Positions 14,946 through 24,819 are shown, counted from the first letter of the stretch. The stretch is 32,000 nucleotides of DNA from Acaryochloris marina MBIC11017 (GCF_000018105.1 NC_009925.1:1560001-1592000); one strand, 5' to 3'. The notes: a model not told the origin generated them from the sequence alone. Numbers and translations are program-made.

Positions 14946-16853
14946 ATGCCTGTTAATGACAAACCACGACGTCCTAATCCCTTTAGAACGATTTTACTGT
15001 TACTGCCCTTGGGCCTATTAGTTTTAAATCTAGTTTTGACCTTCGGTAACGGCCCACGAGTTTCCAAAGTGCCCTATAGCTTCTTCCTTGAGCAAGTCCA
15101 AGATGGAGAGGTAGCTCGGGTCTCCGTTGGCCAAGATATCATCCGCTATCAACTCAAAGGTATGGAGGGAAATGCAGGTCAGGTGCAAGAAACGACCCCT
15201 ATTTTTGACTTAGAGTTACCTAAGTTACTTGAAGCCAACGATGTCGAATTCGCCGCCACTCCTCCTGCTGGAAACCGCTGGTTCACCACTCTTTTGAGCT
15301 GGGTCATTCCCCCAGTGATCTTCGTGGCCATCTTCCAATTCTTTAGTCGCGGTGGCATCGGTGGTGGGGGTCCCCAAGGTGCCCTCTCCGTCACCAAAAA
15401 CAAAGCCAAAGTCTATGTCGAAGGCGATGACAACAAAGTCACCTTTGATGATGTTGCAGGTGTGGAAGAATCCAAAACCGAACTCGAAGAAATCGTAGAA
15501 TTCCTCAAGTCTCCCCAACGCTTTACCGAGATTGGTGCCAAGATTCCCAAAGGTGTTCTCTTAGTTGGACCTCCTGGAACCGGTAAAACCTTAATGGCCA
15601 AAGCCGTCGCGGGTGAAGCTGGTGTGCCCTTCTTCAGTATCTCTGGTTCAGAATTTGTCGAACTGTTTGTTGGTACCGGTGCAGCTCGGGTCCGTGACCT
15701 GTTTGAACAAGCTAAAAAGAAAGCCCCCTGCATCATCTTTATTGACGAACTTGATGCCATTGGTAAATCGAGAGCTGGTGGAAATGGCTTCGTCGGCGGT
15801 AACGACGAACGAGAGCAAACCCTCAACCAGCTCTTAACAGAAATGGATGGCTTTGGGGCTGGAGATGCCACCGTCATCGTCCTCGCTGCCACCAACCGTC
15901 CTGAAACTTTGGACCCTGCTCTATTACGTCCTGGTCGATTTGACCGCCAAGTCCTGGTAGACCGTCCTGACCTTACCGGTCGTCTGGCTATCTTGGAAAT
16001 CTATGCCAAGAAAGTCAAATTGGGTGAGAATGTTGACCTGAAAGCGATGGCAACTAGAACTCCTGGTTTTGCAGGTGCTGACTTAGCAAACCTCGTCAAT
16101 GAAGCCGCACTTCTAGCTGCTCGTCGAGGCAGTAAGGTAGTTGAGACTCAAGACTTTGCAGAAGCCATTGAGCGAGTGGTGGCTGGTCTAGAGAAGAAGA
16201 GCCGAGTGTTGAATGAGAAAGAGAAGAAGATTGTCGCTTATCACGAAGTCGGTCATGCTCTCGTCGGTGCCAAGATGTCTGGGACAGACCAAGTGGAGAA
16301 GATTTCCATTGTTCCCAGAGGTATGGCAGCTTTAGGTTACACCCTGCAAGTGCCCACAGAAGATCGGTTCTTGTTGAATGAGTCAGAACTCAAGGGTCAG
16401 ATTGCTACTCTCCTGGGTGGACGAGCTGCAGAAGAAGTTATCTTTGGCAGCATTACGACTGGAGCTTCTAATGACTTACAGCGAGCCACGGACTTAGCGG
16501 AGCAGATGGTGACGTCCTATGGCATGAGTGAGGTGTTAGGACCTCTAGCTTATGACAAGGGTCAGCAGAATAACTTCCTGGGTGGAGGGATGAATGCTCG
16601 CCGGGCTGTGAGTGATGAGACAGCCAAGGAAATTGATAAGGAAGTCAAGGGTATTGTCGAAACGGCTCACCAGGAAGCTCTGAGTATTCTTAAGGAGAAT
16701 AAGGAACTGCTGGAGACGATTTCGGAGCAGTTGCTGGAGAAGGAAGTCATCGAGGGCAATGGTCTTAGAGAAATGCTGGCTAAGGTTCATCCAGAGTTAG
16801 AGGGGCAGACTGAACAGCATGTGCAAGAGACTGAAAAGCCTCTAGCTGTCTAA
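14946..16853 (+). CDS. ftsH: ATP-dependent zinc metalloprotease FtsH
   Basis: It has two N-terminal TM segments, Walker [18 protein letters not shown], Walker [10 protein letters not shown] and the [23 protein letters not shown]. The zinc site is HEVGHAL. Confidence 0.97.
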   Translation: MPVNDKPRRPNPFRTILLLLPLGLLVLNLVLTFGNGPRVSKVPYSFFLEQVQDGEVARVSVGQDIIRYQLKGMEGNAGQVQETTPIFDLELPKLLEANDVEFAATPPAGNRWFTTLLSWVIPPVIFVAIFQFFSRGGIGGGGPQGALSVTKNKAKVYVEGDDNKVTFDDVAGVEESKTELEEIVEFLKSPQRFTEIGAKIPKGVLLVGPPGTGKTLMAKAVAGEAGVPFFSISGSEFVELFVGTGAARVRDLFEQAKKKAPCIIFIDELDAIGKSRAGGNGFVGGNDEREQTLNQLLTEMDGFGAGDATVIVLAATNRPETLDPALLRPGRFDRQVLVDRPDLTGRLAILEIYAKKVKLGENVDLKAMATRTPGFAGADLANLVNEAALLAARRGSKVVETQDFAEAIERVVAGLEKKSRVLNEKEKKIVAYHEVGHALVGAKMSGTDQVEKISIVPRGMAALGYTLQVPTEDRFLLNESELKGQIATLLGGRAAEEVIFGSITTGASNDLQRATDLAEQMVTSYGMSEVLGPLAYDKGQQNNFLGGGMNARRAVSDETAKEIDKEVKGIVETAHQEALSILKENKELLETISEQLLEKEVIEGNGLREMLAKVHPELEGQTEQHVQETEKPLAV

Positions 16854-16880
16854 TTCGTTGCAGTGATAATTCCTTTAGTT

Positions 16881-16907
16881 GCCCTCTGCTTTGCAGGGGG
16901 CTTTTTT
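16881..16907 (+). terminator. Rho-independent terminator of ftsH
   Basis: gccctctgc-tttg-cagggggc (stem with one mismatch) is followed by tttttt. Confidence 0.7.
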
Positions 16908-17251
16908 GTACACCTGTCCTCACTTCCATAATATTTCGACTTAGCAAAAACACCTGAACAGACGTCGGATATTATGGTCGCTATCCGCAATGAATTGATA
17001 GGTATTCGCAGTCAACCACTCATGAATGACGACGAATCAGCACTTAACTACTATGGTGACGCCTACAATAGGGGCGATTCTCGTTTGTTCGACTGGCACC
17101 TATACGCCTCCCAAAATCGTAGATAACGATGCAATGAATCAAAGTCTTGGAACCGAACAGCTTTGAAGTGGAGCATCAATTTCTACAACCCAGTTATCGC
17201 AAACGTTATCCTTTTCTCAATAGGATCACCAAACAAGGACTAAATCTAAAC

Positions 17252-18085
17252 TTAAGACTCGTGCACAAAAGAGGGATTGGCTGGCTTAGGTGTGATTAGT
17301 CCATCTTCTACATAGACGACCCGGTCGGCGATATCCATAATTCGGGGGTCATGGGTAACCATCAGAACCGTGCAGCCTTCTTCCTTGGCTAATTTACGCA
17401 GCAGTTCCATGATCGTATGGCCTCGCTGAGAGTCCAGGGCAGCTGTGGGTTCGTCCGCCAGGATTAACTTGGGGTTTCCGGCTAACGCTCTTGCGATCGC
17501 AACCCGTTGCTTTTGCCCCCCAGACAAATCCCGCGGCAGACTTCGGGTCTTATCCGCCAGTCCTACTTGCCGCAGCAGCTTGATCGATTGCTTCTTTGCC
17601 GCTCGACCCCGAATCCCCTTTAAATTCAGGGTCGCTTCAATATTCTCCGCTGCCGTTAGGGCAGGAAAGAGGTTAAAGCCCTGAAAAATAAAGCCAATAT
17701 TCTGCAAGCGAAACTTGGACAGTTTGTGGCGAGGAAGTCCCGTGATGCTTTGGCCGAGTAAGGAAACCTGTCCACTGGTGGGGGTCAAGATTCCCCCTAA
17801 GATGGATAGAAGCGTCGTTTTCCCAGACCCTGATGGCCCCATCAGTAATTCGACATCCCCAGTTTTAATTTCTAGATCAATGCCTTTCAAAACCTTGAAC
17901 TGCTGATCGCCCACTTGGAATGCCATTTCAATACCTTTGGCCTGAATGGCAGGCGTAGCCAGATCACCAGCAGTATCAGGAGTGGAGGTCATCAATGTCA
18001 TCGGTTGAGGTCGTTGGCGAAAAGCAAGTTGCATCAGGTGTATCTCTCTTGACAGGTTTCCCAGTTGAGTCAGTTTTGTTTCCAA
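17252..18085 (-). CDS. ABC transporter ATP-binding protein, DevA / MacB-type subfamily. The true start may be the ATG at 18001.
   Basis: It carries Walker A GPSGSGKTTLLS, the signature LSGGQKQRVAIARAL, Walker B LILADEPTAALD and the H-loop MVTHD. It starts 6 nt after the permease stop. Confidence 0.9.
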   Translation of the reverse strand: METKLTQLGNLSREIHLMQLAFRQRPQPMTLMTSTPDTAGDLATPAIQAKGIEMAFQVGDQQFKVLKGIDLEIKTGDVELLMGPSGSGKTTLLSILGGILTPTSGQVSLLGQSITGLPRHKLSKFRLQNIGFIFQGFNLFPALTAAENIEATLNLKGIRGRAAKKQSIKLLRQVGLADKTRSLPRDLSGGQKQRVAIARALAGNPKLILADEPTAALDSQRGHTIMELLRKLAKEEGCTVLMVTHDPRIMDIADRVVYVEDGLITPKPANPSFVHES

Positions 18086-18091
18086 ATGAGT

Positions 18092-19267
18092 TTACGACTT
18101 GAAGACGAGGGCTGGATCGAGTCGAGTTACTTTTTGAATGGCAAAGATCGCTGCTCCACTACACATGGCGACGGTGACGACGAAGACTCCGGCTGCCGTT
18201 GCTGGACTAATCAAGATCTGAATCGCTTGAGCCTGAATCGTCCAAGCACCTAAGCCTAAGCAAAGTCCCATACCCGGCAAATATCCCAACACCGCCATCC
18301 ACAGCGCCTGCTCTAAGATGACGCGATAGATATACCAATCAGACGATCCCATGGCCTTCATGGTGCCAAACTCTCGAAGATGGTCCGTGACGGAAGAATA
18401 GAGAATTTGGCCCACCACAACGGTTCCGACCACAATGCCCACCACTGCACCTAAACCCAAGATATAGCCAACCCCAGTACTCTGCTGCCAATAGGTTTGG
18501 GTTAATTCTGTGAGTTCAGCTTGCGTAAAGGCTTTGGTACCGGGTAATGCCTCTTCTAGGCGGTCTTTCAGAGCGGATAGGTTTTCACCGGATTTCGCTT
18601 TGACCAGAATATAGGTAATCCGGTTTTGATCCGTTAAATCAGGCGGGTCGGGTGGAGTCTCATTCGGTGTAGCGATGGGAGAATTCAGATAGGCCGTAGC
18701 GTTGGGTAAAGACGTAAAAATATAAGGACTCGCCACAATCGAGCGAGTGCCGGCCGTAATCCCTTTAATCTCTCCTTCATAGGAGCCAATTTCAGCCCGA
18801 TCACCTACTGCCGAGACATCCAGGAGTTTGAGATCGGCTTGATCCACAAAGATTTTATAGGGCTGCTGGATATCCTTCAGGGTTCCTTCCAGAAGCGTAC
18901 GTGGTCGAAACAAGGTATCTTCAGGGTCAAAGCCAATAATCCGAATGGGGGCAATCTGATTGGACTTATCCCGCCACACCGTGGATTGGGCAATTAGGGG
19001 TTCTGCCCGATCGACTCCTTCTACCTCTTTCGCTTCAGCCAGCTGTTTGTATTCCAAAGGTAGGGTTAAGGCCAAATGGCGTAGTTCTTCGGAAGTCACC
19101 CAGATATCTGCATCCGCATTTTCGATTAGGACGGTGGACGAACGGGTAAATCCGTTGAGGATGCCAATTTGAATGGTGACTAACCCAACGGAGAACATGA
19201 TGCCGGCTTGGGCAACAATAAAGCGAGGCAAGTCCTGGAATAAATTTTTGCGGGCGATAGAAACCAT
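18092..19267 (-). CDS. ABC exporter permease, DevC / FtsX-like family
   Basis: The N-terminus IARKNLFQDLPRFIVAQAGIMFSVGLVTIQIGILNGF is followed by a large periplasmic loop. The C-terminal FtsX-type block has three TM helices (LREFGTMKAMGSSDWYIYRVILEQALWMAVLGYLPG...). The DevC-DevA gene order is conserved. Confidence 0.85.
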   Translation of the reverse strand: MVSIARKNLFQDLPRFIVAQAGIMFSVGLVTIQIGILNGFTRSSTVLIENADADIWVTSEELRHLALTLPLEYKQLAEAKEVEGVDRAEPLIAQSTVWRDKSNQIAPIRIIGFDPEDTLFRPRTLLEGTLKDIQQPYKIFVDQADLKLLDVSAVGDRAEIGSYEGEIKGITAGTRSIVASPYIFTSLPNATAYLNSPIATPNETPPDPPDLTDQNRITYILVKAKSGENLSALKDRLEEALPGTKAFTQAELTELTQTYWQQSTGVGYILGLGAVVGIVVGTVVVGQILYSSVTDHLREFGTMKAMGSSDWYIYRVILEQALWMAVLGYLPGMGLCLGLGAWTIQAQAIQILISPATAAGVFVVTVAMCSGAAIFAIQKVTRLDPALVFKS

Positions 19268-19864
19268 TCGTTTACGTCGGGGGGAGATTTAGGGAGCAAT
19301 GGCTCACCAGTGGACTTAAATCATCTCAATTAGGTGGAAGCAAACTCTTTTTTCGCACCTAACAGTATAAGCATGATTACCTAAACCTACAGAACTTTGC
19401 TGAGAGTAATCTGAAAAGAAGCCGGGTTTACGCTGTAATTTTCATCTACTCATAGCCGAGCCACTGGGGTTTAACACCCATATGGGTGACTAAATCATTA
19501 ATTGACTTGACGGTATTGAGGTCCTCAACGGTTGATAGGGCAAGAGACCTAAATTTAAAATCAAGATTGAGTTGAACAGTATATTGTCTCAAGGTGTACA
19601 TTCCAGAATTAAAAGCATCACTTGGCATCTAATTCCCTTGAGGAGGTTGTTCTACGACGCTTGACATCGAATATTCTGCATAGGCGAGTTATACGTCAGT
19701 CTGTCGTATAACCATAGTTAGGCTTCGCCTCTCTAAAATCCCGTAGTTAGGCTATGCCGTGTGGATGTGACAGCCTCATATGGATTAAGCAAATTTTGGC
19801 TCCTCGAAGATCAAAAGTCACCTTTGTATAGAAATCAACTTGGCTTTTCTTGGAATTTTGCGTC

Positions 19865-20485
19865 ATGAAGACTTTGCGCTGGCTAATAGACTTGCACCCA
19901 GAGTTCCCAGCATCGGAGATAGTTGCAGAATATTTAAGACAACATAAGAAGATAGAACCCATCATCATCGATCGGGACGATGTAATGTTAGGTAGATGGC
20001 CAGATACTGAAGATTGGATTGTGGGCTACGGGACGATGTTTGCTATGACCCGCTTGCTCAGGCATCAACCTCTCAGTACAGCTATTTTTGACGATTATTT
20101 GGGTCTAAGATGCTCTAAATACTATTCTTACATCTATCCTTTTTTAGGGCGTGCTTTCCTATTTGCACCATTTGGGGCGCTACCTAATCTACCCCTTCAA
20201 AGGATGTTCGGAGATGATATTTTTGTCCGTTCCGATACCAATTACAAGCTTTTCCCAGCGGAGGTTTTAAAAACCCAAGAGCTTCCACATTGGGTAAAGA
20301 CCTACTCACATCATCAAAATGAGCTAGCTGTAGTCTCTGAAGTGGTTTCATTTGAGACTGAATACCGTTGCTTTTGCCGAAACGGCATATTCTTCTGCGG
20401 CAGCTCGTATCCAGACGAGCCATACTCTGAAGTGCCCCAGGAAATAAGATCCGTTGCAGAGAGTGTTGCACAAGCTTTGGAAGTA
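19865..20485 (+). pseudogene. ATP-grasp domain protein (DUF4343-like), 5' part, interrupted by an IS630 insertion
   Basis: The frame is open from ATG 19865 (MKTLRWLID...) and reads ...FVRSDTNYKLFPAEVL...VVSEVVSFETEYRCFCRNGIFFCGSSY. It ends in a stop (TAG 20486-20488) supplied by the first three bases of the IS. Confidence 0.7.
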
Positions 20486-21439
20486 TAGCAGTCGCCATAT
20501 TGAGAAGGACTTAAACTAGAGAAGTATTTTATTCCTTCTCCTGTGTGATGCCCAAAATTTATAGTTACGACCTACGTTGCAAAGTGATAGATGCGATTGA
20601 GCTAGATGGGATGCGCCCTTCTGAGGCTAGTGAGCTGTTCGATATCAGTCGTAACACCATTAACCAATGGCAACACCTCAAGGCGGAAACGGGTGATTTG
20701 CATCCCAAGCCAGTCCATCATCCTGGCCATAGCCATAAAATCACTGACTGGGACAAGTTTCGAGCGTTTGCCCACAAGCATCGTCATAAAACCCAAGCTC
20801 AGATGGCTCAACTATGGGATGGAGAGATTAGTGATCGAACCATCTCAAGAGCCCTCCAGAAAATCGGATTTACTCGAAAAAAAAACATATGGGTACCGAG
20901 AACGAGATGAGCACAAACGGGCAGAGTTCATCAAACGTCTAAGTACCGTAGATCCAGACGATATCGTCTATGCGGATGAGTCGGGCATGGATCATCGAGA
21001 CGAGTATGACTATGCTTATGGCCCCAAAGGTGAGCGGGTTTATGCTTTGAAGACTGGGCGTAGAAGCGGCCGAGTCAATATGATTGCGGCGTTGAGAGCC
21101 AAGCAATTAATGGCGCCGTTCACGATCGAAGGAGCTTGCAATCGCACCGTATTTGAAATTTGGCTGGAGCGTTGCTTGATACCTATGCTCAAACCTGGGC
21201 AGAAGCTGGTGATTGATAATGCCACTTTCCACAAGGGGGGACGAATACAGGAATTAGTGGAAAAAGCAGGATGTGAGGTTTGGTATTTACCGCCTTATTC
21301 CCCTGACTTGAATAAGATTGAGCGGTCTTGGTCATGGATTAAAAGTCGCATCCGTCACCAATTAGACCATTTTGGGTCTCTCAGAGAAGCAATGGAACAT
21401 GTCCTGCATCTGGCGTCCTGAATAGTATGGCGACTGCTA
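20486..21439 (+). mobile_element. IS630/Tc1-mariner family insertion sequence, ISY100-like size class (954 bp)
   Basis: The 14-bp terminal inverted repeats are perfect: TAGCAGTCGCCATA (20486-20499) and TATGGCGACTGCTA (21426-21439). TA target duplications flank the element at 20484-20485 and 21440-21441. Confidence 0.88.
20545..21421 (+). CDS. IS630-family transposase encoded in two frames that switch at an A9 run (20877-20885)
   Basis: Frame 1 holds the HTH part (MMPKIYSYDLRCKVIDAIELDGMRPSEASELFDISRNTINQW...KIGFTRKK). Frame 2 holds the DDE part (TYGYRERDE...VYADESGMD...VIDNATFHKG...LPPYSPDLNKIERSW). Confidence 0.8.
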
Positions 21440-21606
21440 TAACTGGTATGAACATGCTGACTATTGACATTGGGATACATGCTGGCGAACCTAAGCTTGT
21501 GGAAATTGGCGGGGTCAACAGCTGGGGGATTTATGGATCGAACGTGGCTGATTTTATTGCTGCTATGGAGGAAGAAGCCATAGACCGTTGGGAAGACTTT
21601 ATCTGA
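21440..21606 (+). pseudogene. ATP-grasp domain protein, 3' part
   Basis: After removing the IS and one TA, the frame continues ...AQALEV-TGMNMLTIDIGIHAGEPKLVEIGGVNSWGIYGSNVADFIAAMEEEAIDRWEDFI*. The LVEIGGVN segment resembles the Mg-binding strand of ATP-grasp folds. Confidence 0.7.
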
Positions 21607-21747
21607 GCACAGGCTACATAGTCCCCGCAGCCATTTCTTGGAGTCCTGCTGTCATTGCGGCAAGTTACGGCTCCGCGATTGCGTGAAGGCCATCCCCAAC
21701 GGGCGAAAGATTCTGAGATTGCGCATTTTCCGAAAATCCTGCCTCCT

Positions 21748-21891
21748 TCAATCGTAAATTACGTCTAGAATCCGGAACTGTACTTCCAGGTTTTCCTGGT
21801 TGGTTGTGGCCTTCTCGACCAACGTGGCATTGAGCTTTCCCTCGGAGAAAGGATAGGCTTCATGGGCATTGATGATAAAAACGTTCTTCAC
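21748..21891 (-). pseudogene. N-terminal remnant (~47 codons) of a flavodoxin-like-fold NAD(P)H:quinone oxidoreductase (MdaB/KefF-like)
   Basis: (V)[27 protein letters not shown] resembles the first beta-strand and loop of Flavodoxin_2 proteins (MdaB: NILIINGAKKFAHSNGQLNDTL). The frame stops after about 47 residues where about 190 are expected. Confidence 0.45.
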
Positions 21892-21950
21892 GGCAGAATT
21901 CTCTTTTAAGAATGTTTTTTGGGTTAAGAACAAGATGGCAGCTCCAGATC

Positions 21951-22649
21951 TTAAAAACGAGAGGCATTTTCCGCCTCAGACGTGGCTTCATCTCCTTTAC
22001 CGAAGAATGCAGGAAATGGTTTGGGAATAGTGACAGCCTTTTGGGTCGCGGGGCGAGCATCAATGCGATCAAACCAGTTTCTCAAGTTGTCCAACCCCTC
22101 TATTGAAACCTTGGCCCAGGGATAAGACCGTGCCCAGGGATACGTCGCAATATCCACAATGGTGAAGTTATCACCTAGCAAATAAGCTTTGCCTGCAAGT
22201 TGCTTATCTAGCACCTCTAACAAGCGTCGAGACTCGGTCACATAGCGATCGATAGCATAAGGATCCTCGTTACCCTTAGGAGCTGCGATGCGCTGAAAAT
22301 ACATCGCCTGGCCCATCATTGGTCCAACACCGGACATCTGGAACATCAGCCATTGCAGTGCTTCCGAGCGGGCCTTTTCGCCGATAGGAAGAAACGTCTG
22401 GTACTTTTCAGCCAAGTACCAAAGAATCGCTCCTGACTCAAAGACCACAAAATCATCATTACTACGATCGACAATAGTAGGAATACGACCATTGGGGTTG
22501 AGCCGCATATACCACTCAGACTTCTGCTCCTTTTTGCCAAAGTCGATATAGGTCAGTTCATACTCGACCTTGGCTTCTTCTAGAAAAATAATTGGTTTCC
22601 AGCCATTCATGGTGGAGGCTGTGTAGAGATGGATCTCGGGTGTAGGCAT
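21951..22649 (-). CDS. Glutathione S-transferase, Nu-class (YfcG/YghU-like)
   Basis: [55 protein letters not shown]...[16 protein letters not shown] is collinear with E. coli YfcG as I remember it. The C-terminal DIATYPWA matches too. Confidence 0.85.
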   Translation of the reverse strand: MPTPEIHLYTASTMNGWKPIIFLEEAKVEYELTYIDFGKKEQKSEWYMRLNPNGRIPTIVDRSNDDFVVFESGAILWYLAEKYQTFLPIGEKARSEALQWLMFQMSGVGPMMGQAMYFQRIAAPKGNEDPYAIDRYVTESRRLLEVLDKQLAGKAYLLGDNFTIVDIATYPWARSYPWAKVSIEGLDNLRNWFDRIDARPATQKAVTIPKPFPAFFGKGDEATSEAENASRF

Positions 22650-22803
22650 AGAAGGTACCTGGCTGGCGATAACTCAAACAGCATGCACAGCAGCAAACAG
22701 CCCAATAAATAATGGGATTCATGACATTTACTACTGACGTGACTTAACATAATCAGGTAATTAACTAGAGTCAACCAGTTTACTTTTAGTAACCATCTCT
22801 CCC

Positions 22804-23166
22804 ATGGGCACTTCTTTAGGAATCACTACCGATGCTCAAGGCCGTAAACATGTCTCAGAGCCCTGTCTAGAACCTTGCCCAATTGAACGAGGGATGAGAG
22901 TTTTGGGTGGGAAATGGAAGGGGTCGATTCTCTGGCACCTAAAAAATGGTCCGGTGCGCTTTAACGACTTAGCCCGGCAGTTGGGAGGAGCCAGTAAAAA
23001 AATGGTGGTGCAACGACTCCGAGAAATGGAGGAAGCAGGTTTGGTTAAGCGAAAGGTGGTGAGTGATCGCCCAATTGCCGTTACTTACGAAATCACCGAG
23101 TTTGGTCAGACTGCGTTGAGTTTTCTGGAAGAACTTAAAAATTGGGCAGAAAAGCACCAGATTTAA
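22804..23166 (+). CDS. HxlR family winged-helix transcriptional regulator
   Basis: CPIERGMRVLGGKWKGSILWHLKNGPVRFNDLARQLGGASKKMVVQRLREMEEAGLVKRKV..DRPIAVTYEITEFG is the canonical HxlR domain. It is divergent from the GST gene. Confidence 0.9.
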   Translation: MGTSLGITTDAQGRKHVSEPCLEPCPIERGMRVLGGKWKGSILWHLKNGPVRFNDLARQLGGASKKMVVQRLREMEEAGLVKRKVVSDRPIAVTYEITEFGQTALSFLEELKNWAEKHQI

Positions 23167-23822
23167 CTACCCTCATCGGGCGATGTGTCGGTTGAGTTGT
23201 CGCGATTTTCGAGAGTCACGATTGCTTGGACGATTAGCTTCTGACTCAAGGAACCCTGAAAGTCCGAATTCTTATGATCCCGCAGTGATTTCAACGCTGG
23301 TAAGTGTTGTGGCCCACCAATAATCTTTAAGGCATCTGTAATATTCTGGACGAGCGAGACAGCGATGCGGTCACCGACTGAGGAAGCACGATCTGTCGCT
23401 CGTTTTTCATCTTTCGTAACCTCGTGTATGAGTGCATCTACAAGAGCGTCCGCCGCATCTGGGTGCGATGGTTTACCTGCCGCACGTAAGCTGAATGCAG
23501 CCTTCTCCTGAGTCAGTAAGGAATCACTTTTAAGAGATTGTACATAAAATTCTAGGACGATACTTCGTTGTTCTCCAAGATTGGCCAAATTCAATGCACT
23601 AAATGCAAGATGTAAGTCCTGCTCATTCTGAGGTTCCTGCACCTTCGCAATCCATTGTTCCAACGATTTGCCGTTTAAATCTTGTGAGGCTACCTCGGGT
23701 TCAGGGCTGGCTACCAACGAAACGGGGCGACCTCCTTTTTGAGAATCTGGAGTTACCGAACAGCCCATGATCGAAAACACAGCTACCAAACTGCAGAGCA
23801 TCGAAGGGAGGCGGCTTTTCAT
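23163..23822 (-). CDS. Lipoprotein with a helical (HEAT-like) repeat region; the start is moved to ATG 23822
   Basis: MKSRLPSMLCSLVAVFSIMGCSV has a signal peptide and a lipobox (IMG-C). The ORF-track start at 23972 adds 50 non-signal residues. Its stop codon overlaps the hxlR stop codon by 3 nt within the shared sequence TTAA (23163-23166). Confidence 0.6.
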   Translation of the reverse strand: MKSRLPSMLCSLVAVFSIMGCSVTPDSQKGGRPVSLVASPEPEVASQDLNGKSLEQWIAKVQEPQNEQDLHLAFSALNLANLGEQRSIVLEFYVQSLKSDSLLTQEKAAFSLRAAGKPSHPDAADALVDALIHEVTKDEKRATDRASSVGDRIAVSLVQNITDALKIIGGPQHLPALKSLRDHKNSDFQGSLSQKLIVQAIVTLENRDNSTDTSPDEGS

Positions 23823-24061
23823 TGGGGAGTAATTTTCCGTTTGATAATAGTTAACTAATATTAAATAACAGTCTGGCGTGTAGATGCTTTGGCTATACAG
23901 GTCACTCAATAAGTGATTTGGTTTAAGCTTGACCGACCTTATAGAAAATCGCGGAAGGTTCTTCGGTTCCATTGTCGAAACTCTTAAGCACAGCCGTGTA
24001 GAGGTTCATTTCATACCTCTATCACCGTTACCCATCATGGAGAATCACCCCAGTAATAGCT

Positions 24062-24772
24062 ATGCCGAAAAAGTACATTGAGGTTGTTGGAGAAGGTTCC
24101 TACCAAGAATTCCCTGAAAAAGTCGTTCTTGATGTAGAGCTTTCAGTTAGAGCAGCTAAAGAGGAAAGTGCAGGCGAAGAAAATAGGCAACTTGCAAATA
24201 CTCTCGTTAATGAGCTGCTTGGAAGTGGCTTAACTCAAGAAGAAATTTATTTTGGCGGTCGAGAGTCTGTTGTTCCGTGGTGGAAGCGAAAAAAGGCTGG
24301 GCAAGAAACTCGGACGAAGATTACTATCATTTCTTCCAGGCGAGAACTTGTCTATAAAGCAACTGAGCAGATTAATCGCTACATAGAGAGCAAGCGAATT
24401 ACAGTCGAGATATCCGAGAGACAGCCTGTTTATGAAGCTCATGAGAGTGTTGATTTTGAGGCATTAGAAGCCGCCCTGAAAAATGCGAGGGAAAAAGCTG
24501 GACATCTAGCTCAATTGGCTTCTTGTGTTCTGGGAGAAGTCCTAGAAATTGAAGAGTGGAAAAGGAATACCCGTAGTTCCGGTAGCTATGGCGACCCAGA
24601 TTGGTGGGGTGATTCTGGCGCAATGATGGGTGCGGCAGGTTCTGCTGGTTTTGATGACGAGCCAGCCAGTTATCTAAAAGGCAACAATAGAACGGTATAT
24701 GTAAAACTGAGGGTTCGCTATGAAATCAAACCAGCAGTGTCATATAAGTCAATCTTCAATAGAGGTCGATGA
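24062..24772 (+). CDS. Hypothetical protein, possibly SIMPL/DUF541-like (no signal peptide)
   Basis: The overall pattern (IEVVGEGS...PEKVVLDVELSV...A..A...N....N.L...L...G, C-terminal NAREKAGHLAQLASCVLGEVLEIEE) resembles SIMPL-domain proteins. This is a weak call from memory. Confidence 0.4.
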   Translation: MPKKYIEVVGEGSYQEFPEKVVLDVELSVRAAKEESAGEENRQLANTLVNELLGSGLTQEEIYFGGRESVVPWWKRKKAGQETRTKITIISSRRELVYKATEQINRYIESKRITVEISERQPVYEAHESVDFEALEAALKNAREKAGHLAQLASCVLGEVLEIEEWKRNTRSSGSYGDPDWWGDSGAMMGAAGSAGFDDEPASYLKGNNRTVYVKLRVRYEIKPAVSYKSIFNRGR

Positions 24773-24819
24773 TGTTTAGAAGTGATTTTTGATTATTGAA
24801 TGGGCTTGCATTTAACCTA

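Noticed and set aside
15179-15895. Three antisense ORFs (76, 97 and 160 aa) inside ftsH
   Set aside because: They lie entirely within, and opposite to, a very strongly supported gene. Their translations are low-complexity (P/S/T/G-rich) mirror-frame artefacts.
16975-17127. 51-codon ORF (MVAIRNELIGIRSQPL...) in the 344-bp ftsH-devA spacer
   Set aside because: It has no ribosome-binding site and no recognisable family, and it is below a size I can support from sequence alone.
19446-19628. 60-aa ORF upstream of devC, considered as a DevB remnant
   Set aside because: It shows no HlyD/MFP-like coiled-coil or barrel motifs, is very short, and has no Shine-Dalgarno. I cannot support it as coding.
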